Shown piece by piece: positions 31,252 through 41,107 of a DNA stretch of 64,000 bases. A model generated the notes under the pieces. That model saw only the letters and a program-made list of their open reading frames with translations. It had not been told where the DNA came from and did not search any database. Made by a program: the position numbers and the translations under genes. The stretch comes from an uncultured Methanosarcinaceae archaeon. Lineage in GTDB: Archaea; Halobacteriota; Methanosarcinia; Methanosarcinales; Methanosarcinaceae. How positions within the stretch are numbered: the stretch's first letter is position 1; each line of letters opens with the position of its first letter. Where the stretch lies: NCBI GenBank assembly GCA_963847185.1, contig CAWJYV010000008.1:128001-192000 (forward strand), in the 5' to 3' direction.

Positions 31252-32652
31252 ATGAAAGTCAATACAGACCTCCATCTCCATTCAAAATACTCCATGGCGT
31301 CTTCCAGGCAGATGGAACTGCCACTGATTGCCAGAGAGGCTTCAAAAAAAGGGATGGAGCTTATTGGTACTGCGGATTGTACTCATCCGAAGTGGCTCGA
31401 AGAAATCAAAAAAGCATCCATTTCAGATGAAGAAATCCGAATAGAAGACATTTATTTTATCCCTACTACCGAGATAGAAGACAGCAAACGAGTACATCAC
31501 CTTCTTATTTTACCTTCGATTTCAAAGGCTGAAGAGCTTGCAGAGCGCATTGCTCCTTTCGGAAACCTGGAAGCCGATGGTCGCCCTACTATCAGGCTGG
31601 AAGGACGTGAAATTGCAGAAATCGCCAAGGATCTTGGGGCCCTTATTGGTCCCTGCCATGCTTTCACTCCCTGGACAGCCCTTTATGGCTATCATGACAA
31701 CCTTGAGAGCTGTTATGGGGATATGACAGATTACATTTCTTTTCTTGAACTTGGCCTGAGTGCGGACAGCGATTACGCAGACAGGATAAAAGAACTTCAT
31801 CGTTTGACTTTTCTCTCAAATTCTGATGCTCATTCTCCCTATGCTAACAAACTGGCCAGGGAGTTTACTCAGTTTGAAGTTCCTGAGATCACCTTTGACG
31901 GCTTAAAAAAAGCTATCCTTAGAGAGCAGGGATATAAGGCTACTCTTAATGTGGGTTTCTTTCCTCAAGAAGGCAAATATAATCAATCAGCCTGTATTAA
32001 GTGCTTTACTCAATATCCACTGTCGGAAGCAGTTGAAAATAAATGGCGCTGCCCTATATGCGGAGGTGTCATAAAAAAAGGAGTTTTTGACCGTGTCAAT
32101 GAACTTGCAGATTTTAAAGAGCCCAGACATCCTGATCACCGTCCTCCTTATCTTCACCTGATTCCTCTTGCAGAAATCATCCAGATGGCTCTTGGCCATG
32201 CGAGCGTTCAGACAAAAGGCGTGAAAACTGCCTGGAATACGCTTGTGGAACGCTTTGGAAACGAGGTTGAAGCCCTTATCTATGTCAAACCTGAAGCCCT
32301 GAGAATAGTTGATGCCCGGATAGTAAACGCTATCCTTGCCTTCAGGAAAGGAGATGTTATTATCCATCCGGGCGGAGGAGGCCAGTACGGCTGGGTAGAC
32401 CTGCCTGAAAACTTGAAAGCAGATAAAACCGTTTCTGAGAATAAAACAGGCATGGATAAGAAAAAAGGATCCAGAGCTTCAAAGGCGGATAAAGCCCTGG
32501 TTGATGGGCAGATCTCATTTTTTGATCTTGAAAAGATAAAATCCGAGAAATCCAGAAAAAAAAGTGATGAAAAACCTGAAAACGATATAAAAGAATCAGA
32601 AATGGAAGATCAAAGTGAATCTAAAGGCCAGAAGTCACTTTTTGATTTCTAA
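31252..32652 (+). CDS. PHP-family phosphoesterase with Zn ribbon (TIGR00375-like)
   Basis: DLHLHSKYS, HAFTPW, ELGLSAD, SNSDAHS, CPICGG..KKGV, PGGGGQYG. Confidence 0.85.
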   Translation: MKVNTDLHLHSKYSMASSRQMELPLIAREASKKGMELIGTADCTHPKWLEEIKKASISDEEIRIEDIYFIPTTEIEDSKRVHHLLILPSISKAEELAERIAPFGNLEADGRPTIRLEGREIAEIAKDLGALIGPCHAFTPWTALYGYHDNLESCYGDMTDYISFLELGLSADSDYADRIKELHRLTFLSNSDAHSPYANKLAREFTQFEVPEITFDGLKKAILREQGYKATLNVGFFPQEGKYNQSACIKCFTQYPLSEAVENKWRCPICGGVIKKGVFDRVNELADFKEPRHPDHRPPYLHLIPLAEIIQMALGHASVQTKGVKTAWNTLVERFGNEVEALIYVKPEALRIVDARIVNAILAFRKGDVIIHPGGGGQYGWVDLPENLKADKTVSENKTGMDKKKGSRASKADKALVDGQISFFDLEKIKSEKSRKKSDEKPENDIKESEMEDQSESKGQKSLFDF

Positions 32653-32692
32653 AGAGAACTTGATAGTAATAATATCTCACTCACTTATGGGT

Positions 32693-32774
32693 CTCGCTGA
32701 CAATGGAAAGTTATTGGCAGTAAGTAGCTGCTGATAATAAAATTTCGCTGATAATAGGTCTCGCTGATAATAAA
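32693..32774. repeat. Four short direct repeats (CGCTGATAAT core) upstream of tRNA-Ser
   Basis: ctcgctgacaat, ctgctgataat, ttcgctgataat, ctcgctgataat. Confidence 0.45.
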
Positions 32775-32862
32775 ATATATAAGTGAGAAAATCTATTCCT
32801 TATCCCTACATCAAAAACGTCTGATAATGCCTGTAAAATCTTCTTTTACATAAAAAGCAAAT

Positions 32863-32946
32863 GCCCAGGTAGTCTAGTGGTAAGGCGACGGTCTCGAAAA
32901 CCGTTTCTTCTTTGGGGGAGCGCAGGTTCAAATCCTGCCCTGGGCG
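32863..32946 (+). tRNA. tRNA-Ser(CGA)
   Basis: Acceptor GCCCAGG/CCTGGGC + G73, anticodon arm ACGGT-CTCGAAA-ACCGT, long variable arm, T-loop GGTTCAAATCC. Confidence 0.92.
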
Positions 32947-33230
32947 TACAGTTTAAAAATGTTTAAAGCTTATTTGCAAATATCAGCTCAATTAAATTTT
33001 CTTTTTTACGTTAGTGGCATAAGTTCCCTTAAAAACCGATCTACTTTTTTATATAACTCTCCAGGCCCTTTTGAATCCAAAAAAAAAGCATCTTCTTTGA
33101 TGAAGTCCTGTCATATGAATTCTTATATCGTATATTTTGAGCGGTAAAATAATATATGTGACCCGGTAAAATTAGGCTGAAAAAGAATTTCAAAATAAGG
33201 TGAAAAATCTCAAACCAAGGGGAAATATGT

Positions 33231-33722
33231 ATGAGTTCTAAAGATAACCTTAAAGCTGCATTTACTGGCGAATCAATGGCAAATAGAACATATCTGGCCT
33301 TTGCGAAAAAAGCAGATGAAGAAGGATATCATCAGATAGCTAAACTCTTCAGGGCGGCTGCTGCTGCGGAAACTATCCATGCTCATAATCACCTCCAGCG
33401 CATGGGTGGAATTGGGACTACAATGGATAATTTGAAGGATGCTATTGACGGCGAAACATACGAATTTACGAAAATGTACCCGGAATTTATAGAAGAGGCA
33501 AAGAAAGAAGGGGACAAGAGGGCTCTCTGGAGTTTTGAGGTGGCAAATAAAGTAGAAAAGGTACATGCCACTCTATATGAAAAGGCCCTGGAAGAAATCG
33601 GAAATAATAAAGAAGTTGATTATTACGTATGTGGAGTCTGCGGCCATACTATCGAAGGCGAACCTGAAGGAAACTGTCCGATCTGCGGGGCATCTGCATC
33701 CAAATTCGAGAAAATCGACTAA
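33231..33722 (+). CDS. rbr: Rubrerythrin
   Basis: AFTGESMA, ETIHA, EKVH, C-terminal CGVCGH...CPICGA rubredoxin motif. Confidence 0.93.
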   Translation: MSSKDNLKAAFTGESMANRTYLAFAKKADEEGYHQIAKLFRAAAAAETIHAHNHLQRMGGIGTTMDNLKDAIDGETYEFTKMYPEFIEEAKKEGDKRALWSFEVANKVEKVHATLYEKALEEIGNNKEVDYYVCGVCGHTIEGEPEGNCPICGASASKFEKID

Positions 33723-33939
33723 AGTCTAATTAAGGCAATGAATTTCTGATAGTTAATAGAACATGTTGAGAGCTAACAGTGAAAAAGCTCTCTATTTACT
33801 TTTAAGATAACTTAAATGTGTATGTTTGTAGTTTACTTACAGCTTAAAGCTTGATTTTAACAGGAATTTTTTCTTCTCCACAATAAAAAAGTATAAGCTT
33901 TAATGCATGTAATAATTGAATCGAGGATTTAGTACTCAT

Positions 33940-34329
33940 CTAGTACTCGTTTTTAGTATCCATTTTTTCAATCAGCTCATTCCTCTCAACTAGCTTGTTA
34001 ATCTGATTGTACCATTCGTCAATATTCTTCTTTAGCACCTGCTTAACTTCCCCTGATTCTATTGGCATATATTCGTAGTAGTATCCTCCACTCTCAATAG
34101 ACCTCTTTTTCCTGTAAGCGATTCCACATGCTATGAGGTTTTGCAGGGAGCGGTACACAGTACTTTTTTCTCTTTTTACGATTTCTCCCAGTCCTTCGGT
34201 TGTAAGAGGGCCATATAAGAGCAGAGTTTTGTATGTTTCGAGATCAAGAGACTTCAAACCGAATATATATTTTATCATATCTTCGTATCTGGAACTTACT
34301 CTGATCATCTCATGAGTGGAGTTTACCAT
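33940..34329 (-). CDS. TrmB-like HTH transcriptional regulator
   Basis: FGLKSLDLETY, REKSTVYRSLQNL..CG, GGYYYEY. Confidence 0.8.
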   Translation of the reverse strand: MVNSTHEMIRVSSRYEDMIKYIFGLKSLDLETYKTLLLYGPLTTEGLGEIVKREKSTVYRSLQNLIACGIAYRKKRSIESGGYYYEYMPIESGEVKQVLKKNIDEWYNQINKLVERNELIEKMDTKNEY

Positions 34330-34931
34330 AGAACCACACTTAGACGGTTTTCTTTTTGTCGGATTTAAGCTTTTGAGATATTCATTTGAGGATCACAGAG
34401 TCACACCACAGGAAAACACGCATTTTTAAACACCCGGAGTTTCCATTCACATTCACAATGTTCAATCATGTTGTTAATGTCTCTTAGAATTCCTATTCAT
34501 GGAGGAAAAGAGACGCTATCCCGATGAACCATCCTCAGGGTTTTAAGTAAAAAGGTCTTGCCGAATCAAGGCCATCTTTCCTTTTCCGTAGAATTTAACT
34601 TCCTTTCCGGCCCTGCGCTCTTTCAGAAAAAACCCATTTTTTGTATTTCTTTTATTTTTCTTGGAGCAAGGATTGTGGTATAGTGGATTTTATTTTTCCT
34701 GAGTAGAGGCAAATTTTTGGAAAAGGGAGCAATTTTTCTCTGGCCATATTCTCTTTCAGTAATGAAGCTGGGTGGCTCAAAGGCGGATGGTTCAAAGGTT
34801 GATATTTCCATAGTTTTACCTTTGCCTGATACATGCACCTGAATCTTTTCGGGGACATGAGGCATTTTTTTGAACATCGTTTTTTCTCCTGTGATCCTCA
34901 ATAGCCATGAATACACACAAACTATATATAA

Positions 34932-34955
34932 CGTTATGTTTACTCAAACATAACG
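34932..34955. promoter_or_regulatory. ModE-type operator palindrome
   Basis: CGTTATGTTT-ACTC-AAACATAACG (perfect 10-bp arms) next to TATATATA at 34923-34930, within a molybdate locus. Confidence 0.6.
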
Positions 34956-35142
34956 GTTAAGAAATCTGAAACTCAAAATTATCTGGAATTCAAGTCAGAA
35001 AAAGATGTTAGGATTTTAGAAATTTGCAGAGCGAATATTTCTGTTGCTTACAGCTTATTCTTATGCATGCAGAGAAAAAAACTGGGAGAATTATTTCAGC
35101 TCAAAAATTGGTCTGAGAAAGGTAGTAATTTTATAATTTTGA

Positions 35143-35185
35143 ACTTACGCGGTTGAACTGATTGATCAATAACATCCGCGTAAGT
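35143..35185 (-). terminator. Stem-loop downstream of modA
   Basis: ACTTACGCGG ... CCGCGTAAGT, perfect 10-bp arms, 20 nt past the modA stop. Confidence 0.4.
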
Positions 35186-35204
35186 CATATCTTTTTCAAG
35201 ATTA

Positions 35205-36023
35205 TTAATTAAAACCGTATTTATTCAGTATTTCCTGTCCTTCTTCCCCGGTTACTAAATCCACGAATTCCTGTGCCTCTTCCTTATTCTCAGAAGACGA
35301 AACTACAGCTATCGGATATGTAACAGGAGTACTAACAGACACGTTTGTAACTATTTCAATAGTTCCTGGCTCTGCAGTCTTTGCGTCAGTCATATAGACA
35401 AAACCGGCGTCCACCTCTCCCCTTTCAACATACGTCAGAACCTGTTTTACATCCTCGGCAAATATCATCTTCTTTTCTGTCTGGTTCCACAGGCCTGTTT
35501 CATTCAGTGCAAGGCGTGTGTATTTACCAATAGGAACGGTTTCAGGGTTTCCAGTTGCGATTCTTTCAACTTTTGGGTCTGTCAGGTCTGTTATGTTTGT
35601 TATATTAAGGGTGCTGTTTGCAGGAACAATGAGTACAAGTGAGTTTTGGGCAAAATCCTCTCTTGTAGAGTTCTCAATAAGGCTTTTATTGGCAAGTGTG
35701 TCCATCTGGCTCTCATCAGCTGAGGCAAAAACATCGACAGGAGCTCCCCCTTCTATTTGCGTACGAAGATTCCCCGAACCTCCAAAGTTCAGGCTTACGT
35801 CAGTTCCGGGGTTTTCAGTCTCATACTGGGCAGCTATGTCCGTGAAAGCTTCAGTAAGGCTGGCAGCTGCAGAAACTGTAATCGTTTCAGACTCTGCGGC
35901 AGCTGGAGTTTCTGCTGTAACTGGAGTCCCAGTTTCATTTGCAGCTTTATCTCCACTATCAGTACATCCTATTGCAAGGAATACACTTAATAATACTAAC
36001 AGAACTATCAGTTCTTTTCTCAT
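35205..36023 (-). CDS. modA: Molybdate ABC transporter substrate-binding lipoprotein
   Basis: Lipobox LAIGC, SAAASL, FGGSG.L..QIE.GAP.DVFASA, GEVDAGFVY.TD. Confidence 0.93.
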   Translation of the reverse strand: MRKELIVLLVLLSVFLAIGCTDSGDKAANETGTPVTAETPAAAESETITVSAAASLTEAFTDIAAQYETENPGTDVSLNFGGSGNLRTQIEGGAPVDVFASADESQMDTLANKSLIENSTREDFAQNSLVLIVPANSTLNITNITDLTDPKVERIATGNPETVPIGKYTRLALNETGLWNQTEKKMIFAEDVKQVLTYVERGEVDAGFVYMTDAKTAEPGTIEIVTNVSVSTPVTYPIAVVSSSENKEEAQEFVDLVTGEEGQEILNKYGFN

Positions 36024-36198
36024 AATTTCACCTCTCCTAAATATTTTTTATAGTCAAAACTTACACTATTGGATTGAAAAATCAATACTCTTTAATCATT
36101 CAAATATATAAATCAAGCCATTGTATAGGGCCTCATGCACTTGGTTTTGTGTTTTGGGCGCATAACTCCTAAGTGGCTATTTGTAGATCTAACGAAAA

Positions 36199-37566
36199 TC
36201 AAGGCAAATTCTCAGGTATTATTTCTTTCTCCTGTTTGTGTATAGACGGAATAAAAACAGATTGATTTCTTTTTTTTCTAATTTTCATAAAGAGCTGCTT
36301 TAGGGTATCTTCATTACTCTTTGTGAATTCAAATGGGGAATTAGTGAATGGTTCGAAGTGAACCGCCACGTCATCAAGCCTGTAGAAAGTTCCGTTACAT
36401 TCCATGGCATCAACAACGCCTGGAAGCACAACGTCCGACACAACTGTGGTCGGGCAGGGAACAATATCCAGATAGATCAGAGGAATTTCGGCAAGGTAAG
36501 CCGCACAGTCGGCGGGAATCTGATTTAAAATATCTGTGCATATCACAAAGGCTGCATCTACGTCTTTTTCTCGAAGCAAGTCCACGGTTGTGAATTCTCC
36601 CGGGTTATAACGTGGATACCCGTGAGTGAAGTCAAGTCCGAAAGGATATCCATACATGTAAGAAGCGACCTGATTGAAACCTGCGACATTGCAGTGGCTG
36701 CGGAGTATTCCAAAGGTGAACTTGGAGTAATTGTTCAGTTCCTTTACAAGGTTCAATGCAATTTCAGTGTTCCTGTGCTTTCCAATTGAAGAAGAAAGCC
36801 CGACACCTACTGAAATCGCCCCGAAGTTACAGTTTTTCATCATATCGAGCATTTCTTCCATGACGGAGATGGGCACTCCAGTGGTCTCTTCTACTGAGGG
36901 GTGCGGAGTTTTCCCGTGGAGCAGGGTCAGAAGTGCACTTATCAGTTCATAATCTGAGTTCGGTTTAAGCTGCACGTGCAGGTCTGAAGCTTCGGTTGTT
37001 GGAGTTTTTCTTGGATCCACAGTGATAACTGTCCTGTCAAAACGTCCACGCTTGGTCCAGTAACCTCTTGGGAAAACTCCGTACCTGGACATTTGCCTGG
37101 GCATGGATTCGAGAGGATTTGTACCCCAGTAGACTATGAGATCTCCCCTGTTTTTCTTCTGACCTTCGGTTGCACCGACTTTACCGGATTCCTGGATTCC
37201 CATTGTTGCCGGTCCATTACCTAACGCAGTATTGGAATCAACAACTGCCCCCAGATATTCCCCCATCATGAGCCCTACTTCGTGCGCTTCACAGGAGGTT
37301 TCACTGCCCATGAAAAGCAGAGGGCGCTTTGCTGAGACGAGGATATCGGCAGCTTTCTCAAGTGTCTCATCCCAGGCTGCAGGGGTAAGTTTTCCCTCAG
37401 CCTTTACAAGGGGTTGTCTTATCCGTCGAGGATTTCTAAGCGCCTGAAACCTGGCAGCTCCTATCTTACATATGTTTTTAACTTCAATTGTATTGTCTTT
37501 CAGTTCAACCTGGATATCGTCGCAGGCAGCCCCACAGACGGGACAGACCATGTTTTTAATAAACAT
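36199..37566 (-). CDS. fmdB: Formylmethanofuran dehydrogenase subunit B paralogue (stand-alone, altered active site)
   Basis: CPVCGAACDDI, KNRGDLIVYWGTNP, RSHCNVAGFNQ, YNPGEF, GTFYRLD. ATG at 37566 after GGGAG. Confidence 0.85.
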   Translation of the reverse strand: MFIKNMVCPVCGAACDDIQVELKDNTIEVKNICKIGAARFQALRNPRRIRQPLVKAEGKLTPAAWDETLEKAADILVSAKRPLLFMGSETSCEAHEVGLMMGEYLGAVVDSNTALGNGPATMGIQESGKVGATEGQKKNRGDLIVYWGTNPLESMPRQMSRYGVFPRGYWTKRGRFDRTVITVDPRKTPTTEASDLHVQLKPNSDYELISALLTLLHGKTPHPSVEETTGVPISVMEEMLDMMKNCNFGAISVGVGLSSSIGKHRNTEIALNLVKELNNYSKFTFGILRSHCNVAGFNQVASYMYGYPFGLDFTHGYPRYNPGEFTTVDLLREKDVDAAFVICTDILNQIPADCAAYLAEIPLIYLDIVPCPTTVVSDVVLPGVVDAMECNGTFYRLDDVAVHFEPFTNSPFEFTKSNEDTLKQLFMKIRKKRNQSVFIPSIHKQEKEIIPENLP

Positions 37567-38251
37567 AACTCCCGCTCTCCACATAGATATCCGACGTTGT
37601 ATTTCCGATGCTCGTTTCAGAAAAGAAAAATAATAACTTGCCTTCTTGCATTTTACTTGCCTCTCAACATTGTTCTGTGCGCTGCACAGCAGTTCATTTT
37701 CATTTGAATGAACAGTGCACAGCAATTCTACAGCACTGTGTCATTTTTATGAACTAGTACTTCAATGTCAACAGGTCTCAGGAATAGGCCTTTTTCCCTG
37801 TGATCAGGAAGACGGGTGGGGGAGCTCAGGAGAGTAAAAGACTTTCCATATCCCAATAGAAAAAACCGTGTTCAACTTTTCTGCTGTCGTTTATCGATTA
37901 GCAGATTTTCAGATCTACATTTTCTCGGAAATGAATACTTTTACCTCTATCATATAATTTGGAGGTAAAATCTACACTTTAAGGTAAATTTACAACTTAT
38001 TTATAAACATGTCGAAGACTGTCTTTTCTAGATTGGAACAAAATATATGGCGAAGGTCAAGAACTAAACTCACATTTGATTGTCAAGAGTAGAATAAATG
38101 GGAAAATAGGTACTATATTTGGACACCCTGCCGGGAGAGAGTTTAAATATAATAGAACTGTTCGTATGTAGGCATAAACTATATTATAATCAAAAGCATA
38201 TATAAAAATCGCAAGCATTTATTAATAATACCTAAATGGAGGAGCAAGGAA

Positions 38252-38461
38252 ATGAAACTAAGTGCACGGAATGTCTTAGAAGGTAAAGTTAAAAAGATTG
38301 TACCGGGCGTGGTTAATTCTGAAGTTGTAATAGAATTGCCAGGCGGAGCAGAAATCACTTCCATCATCACAAAGACCTCAGCTGAAAATCTGAAGTTAAA
38401 AGAAGGAAGCAGTGTTTACGCAATCGTTAAGGCTTCAAATGTGATGATAGGTACAGATTAA
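38252..38461 (+). CDS. Molbindin/Mop (TOBE) molybdate-binding protein
   Basis: MKLSARN, ITSIIT, AIVKASNVM. Confidence 0.92.
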   Translation: MKLSARNVLEGKVKKIVPGVVNSEVVIELPGGAEITSIITKTSAENLKLKEGSSVYAIVKASNVMIGTD

Positions 38462-38792
38462 TCCCATTTTTTGTTTCATGCTTCGCGCATGAAATTAGTA
38501 AGTAGCGTATATTCTACTCCACAGCAGTTCACAAAAAGCTGCTCAGTTTTTGTTAACAGTAACTTATGAAACTAAATTACATATTTGTGTACATCTGCGG
38601 GGCGTGGAATAACTTTACATCATATGAAGTATTTAACAAGACCCTGTTTAGTTCGGATTTATTTCGAATACTCAATTTCCATAATCTGGAATGCTGCACT
38701 AAAAAATTTTTGTTTCATGATAATCCGCTGTAATAAGCATTTAATTATCTCTTATACACTTTTAAGTACGTTTATTCAAAAAATGATAAGAC

Positions 38793-39470
38793 ATGATCTC
38801 TATGTTGGACAAGATATGGTTTCCTTTATCTATCACGCTCTGGATAGCTACCATATCATCTTTCCTCGTACTGTGCAGCGGCGTAGTCATAGCTTATATC
38901 TTTGCGAGACGCGATTTTAGGGGCAAGGAGCTTGCAGAGCTGCTAGTAACACTTCCCCTAGTTCTCCCGCCTACCGTAATTGGCTATCTCCTGGTTATTC
39001 TCGTAGGTAGGAACGGATATCTTGGCCACTTTATTTACAACTTTTTTGGTACAGGGATCATGTTTACCTGGCAGGCAGCAGTAATTGCGGCTTATACGGT
39101 TTCCCTTCCCCTTATGGTAAAAGCTGCACAGGCAGCCATAGAAACCGTAGATAAGGAACTTGAATATGCAGCTTATATTCTTGGGAGAAGCGAGACTGAA
39201 ACTGCTCTGCTAATAACACTCCCCCTTGCAAAAAGGGGCATAATGGCAGGACTCGTGCTAAGTTTCGCCAGAGCCATTGGAGAATTTGGAGCGACCCTTA
39301 TGCTGGCAGGAAATATCCCGGGAAAAACTAACACAATGTCCACCTCAATATACAGTGCTTTTCAGGCAGGAAACAATGAACTTGCTCAGACGCTGGTTTT
39401 AATCCTTATTATTATGTCTCTGCTAGCTATTTCTCTGACCGGACGATTCGTAGGCAAACTAGAGGTATAA
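38793..39470 (+). CDS. modB: Molybdate ABC transporter permease
   Basis: LPLVLPPTVIGY, FARAIGEFGAT.MLAGNIPGKT. Confidence 0.94.
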   Translation: MISMLDKIWFPLSITLWIATISSFLVLCSGVVIAYIFARRDFRGKELAELLVTLPLVLPPTVIGYLLVILVGRNGYLGHFIYNFFGTGIMFTWQAAVIAAYTVSLPLMVKAAQAAIETVDKELEYAAYILGRSETETALLITLPLAKRGIMAGLVLSFARAIGEFGATLMLAGNIPGKTNTMSTSIYSAFQAGNNELAQTLVLILIIMSLLAISLTGRFVGKLEV

Positions 39471-39472
39471 GC

Positions 39473-40615
39473 TTGGGCATTAAAGTTGACCTTAAAAAAC
39501 GGTATTATGAAATCGATTCCAATGGAAAAAAAGATATCAAGAAATCTTTTCTGTTAGATGTCAGCTTTGAAATGGAAAACGAGCTTGTCGTACTCTTTGG
39601 GCCTTCAGGATCAGGAAAGACCACGTTATTTAAATGCATTTCCGGAATAACTGAACCTGATGAGGGAAAAATAACCTTAGGAAATAAAGTTTATTTCGAC
39701 AAAATCAAAAAAATTAATATTCCCATCCAGAAGCGCAATCTTGGATATGTTTTTCAGAACTATACTCTTTTTCCCCATATGAATGTAAGAAAAAACATAG
39801 AATGTGGTCTCAAAGGCTGGGAGAAAGAAGCCAAAGAAGAAAGGGTTCTGGAAATGTTGAATCTTCTCCATATTGAGGAATTGGAGACCCGACCTCCATC
39901 CCATCTGTCAGGAGGACAGAAACAGAGAGTTGCTCTGGCAAGAGCGCTGGCCCCCAAGCCTGAGATTTTACTTCTGGATGAGCCCTTCTCTGCACTTGAT
40001 TTGAAAATAAGACTCGAACTTGCAGAAAAAATAAAAAATCTTCAAATCCGGATTGGAATACCATTATTATTCATTACTCACAATCTGGAAGAAGCTTTAA
40101 TGCTGGCTGACAAGATTCTTGTTTTATATGGAGGGAAAGCCCAGCAGTTCGGTACTCCGGAAGAAATATTCAATCATCCTGAAAACCTGCATGTGGCAGA
40201 GCTGGTTGGTATCTCCAATATTTTTGATGACGCTTATGTTGAAGAATATGATGAAAAATCAAAAAGTACAGTGTTAAAAAGCGGAGATCTGAGAATAAAA
40301 ATAAAATCTCAGAATTTCAAGGCTGAGGATAAAGTATCCTGGGGCATCCATCCTGAGAACATAACCTTTCTATTGGCAGATTTCGGTTCTGAAGATCTGG
40401 AAAATAATACTTACTCTGCTCGTATCAATAACATCATCAATAAAGGGCCAAAAAAGCGCATTACATTTAAACTTGTTAAATATAACAAGGCTCTGACTGC
40501 AGAAGTGCCTGCGCAGCTTGTTGATTCTCTGAAAATGCATGCAGGAGATTTATGTCTGGCAAAATTGGAAATGACTAAAGTAATTTCATTCCGTAACTTA
40601 CAACTCAATAGATAA
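39473..40615 (+). CDS. modC: Molybdate ABC transporter ATPase
   Basis: GPSGSGKT, LSGGQKQR, LLDEPFSALD, C-terminal TOBE-like region. Confidence 0.9.
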   Translation: MGIKVDLKKRYYEIDSNGKKDIKKSFLLDVSFEMENELVVLFGPSGSGKTTLFKCISGITEPDEGKITLGNKVYFDKIKKINIPIQKRNLGYVFQNYTLFPHMNVRKNIECGLKGWEKEAKEERVLEMLNLLHIEELETRPPSHLSGGQKQRVALARALAPKPEILLLDEPFSALDLKIRLELAEKIKNLQIRIGIPLLFITHNLEEALMLADKILVLYGGKAQQFGTPEEIFNHPENLHVAELVGISNIFDDAYVEEYDEKSKSTVLKSGDLRIKIKSQNFKAEDKVSWGIHPENITFLLADFGSEDLENNTYSARINNIINKGPKKRITFKLVKYNKALTAEVPAQLVDSLKMHAGDLCLAKLEMTKVISFRNLQLNR

Positions 40616-40740
40616 CACATTTTATTTTATATGGAAATATTTGACTTCTCTTTAAAAGAATATTAATTTCTTTAATTGATAACATCGCTTCCTGCCGTTA
40701 ACTATTTAACAGAGGAAGGCTATTTCAATATCCTTGTCAA

Positions 40741-40936
40741 GGGGCTGTGGCCTAGCCCGGCATGGCGATGGGCTCCAGCGGATAAATGATGAACAACGGG
40801 TATACTGAGTCTTTCCCGACGGGGCAGGACAGTGAGGAACCGTTGGAGCACTGATAGATGCTCACCAGAACTAATACTGTTAAGACAGTTGTTCGGAGAT
40901 ACCCGTCGATCGTGAGTTCGAATCTCACCAGCCCCA
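40741..40936 (+). tRNA. tRNA-Trp(CCA) with a 122-nt intron (40779-40900)
   Basis: Acceptor GGGGCTG/CAGCCCC, anticodon CCA at 40775-40777, bulge-helix-bulge (CTCC/GGAG) at the 37/38 junction, T-loop GTTCGAATC. Confidence 0.95.
40786..40854 (+). ncRNA. Intron-encoded C/D-box guide RNA
   Basis: C ATGATGA 40786, D' CTGA 40805, C' GTGAGGA 40832, D CTGA 40851. Guides are complementary to the host pre-tRNA around C34 and C39. Confidence 0.9.
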
Positions 40937-41107
40937 CCTTTTTTAATTTAATTCTTATTTTTAAAAGGTATTTCCTCATTCTATCTTAGGGCTGCATAAA
41001 ATTTATAAAAAAGAAAAAATAAGTAAATATAGGCAGCAGGGCTCAAACATACAAATAAAGATGCTTACCTATTGTAATTTCTCACTTCAATATTATACTC
41101 CTTATTT

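Noticed and set aside
34623-34916. 97-aa and 68-aa ORFs inside the IR-bounded region
   Set aside because: No recognisable motifs or RBS; treated as non-coding, though a small peptide is not excluded.
37567-37725. 53-aa N-terminal extension of fmdB
   Set aside because: No family resemblance; an RBS precedes ATG 37566.
32946-40741. Mo cluster as a tRNA-integrated genomic island
   Set aside because: It lies between two tRNAs, but I found no duplicated tRNA 3' end (att) and no integrase.
40752-40979. 75-aa minus-strand ORF
   Set aside because: Antisense to tRNA-Trp.
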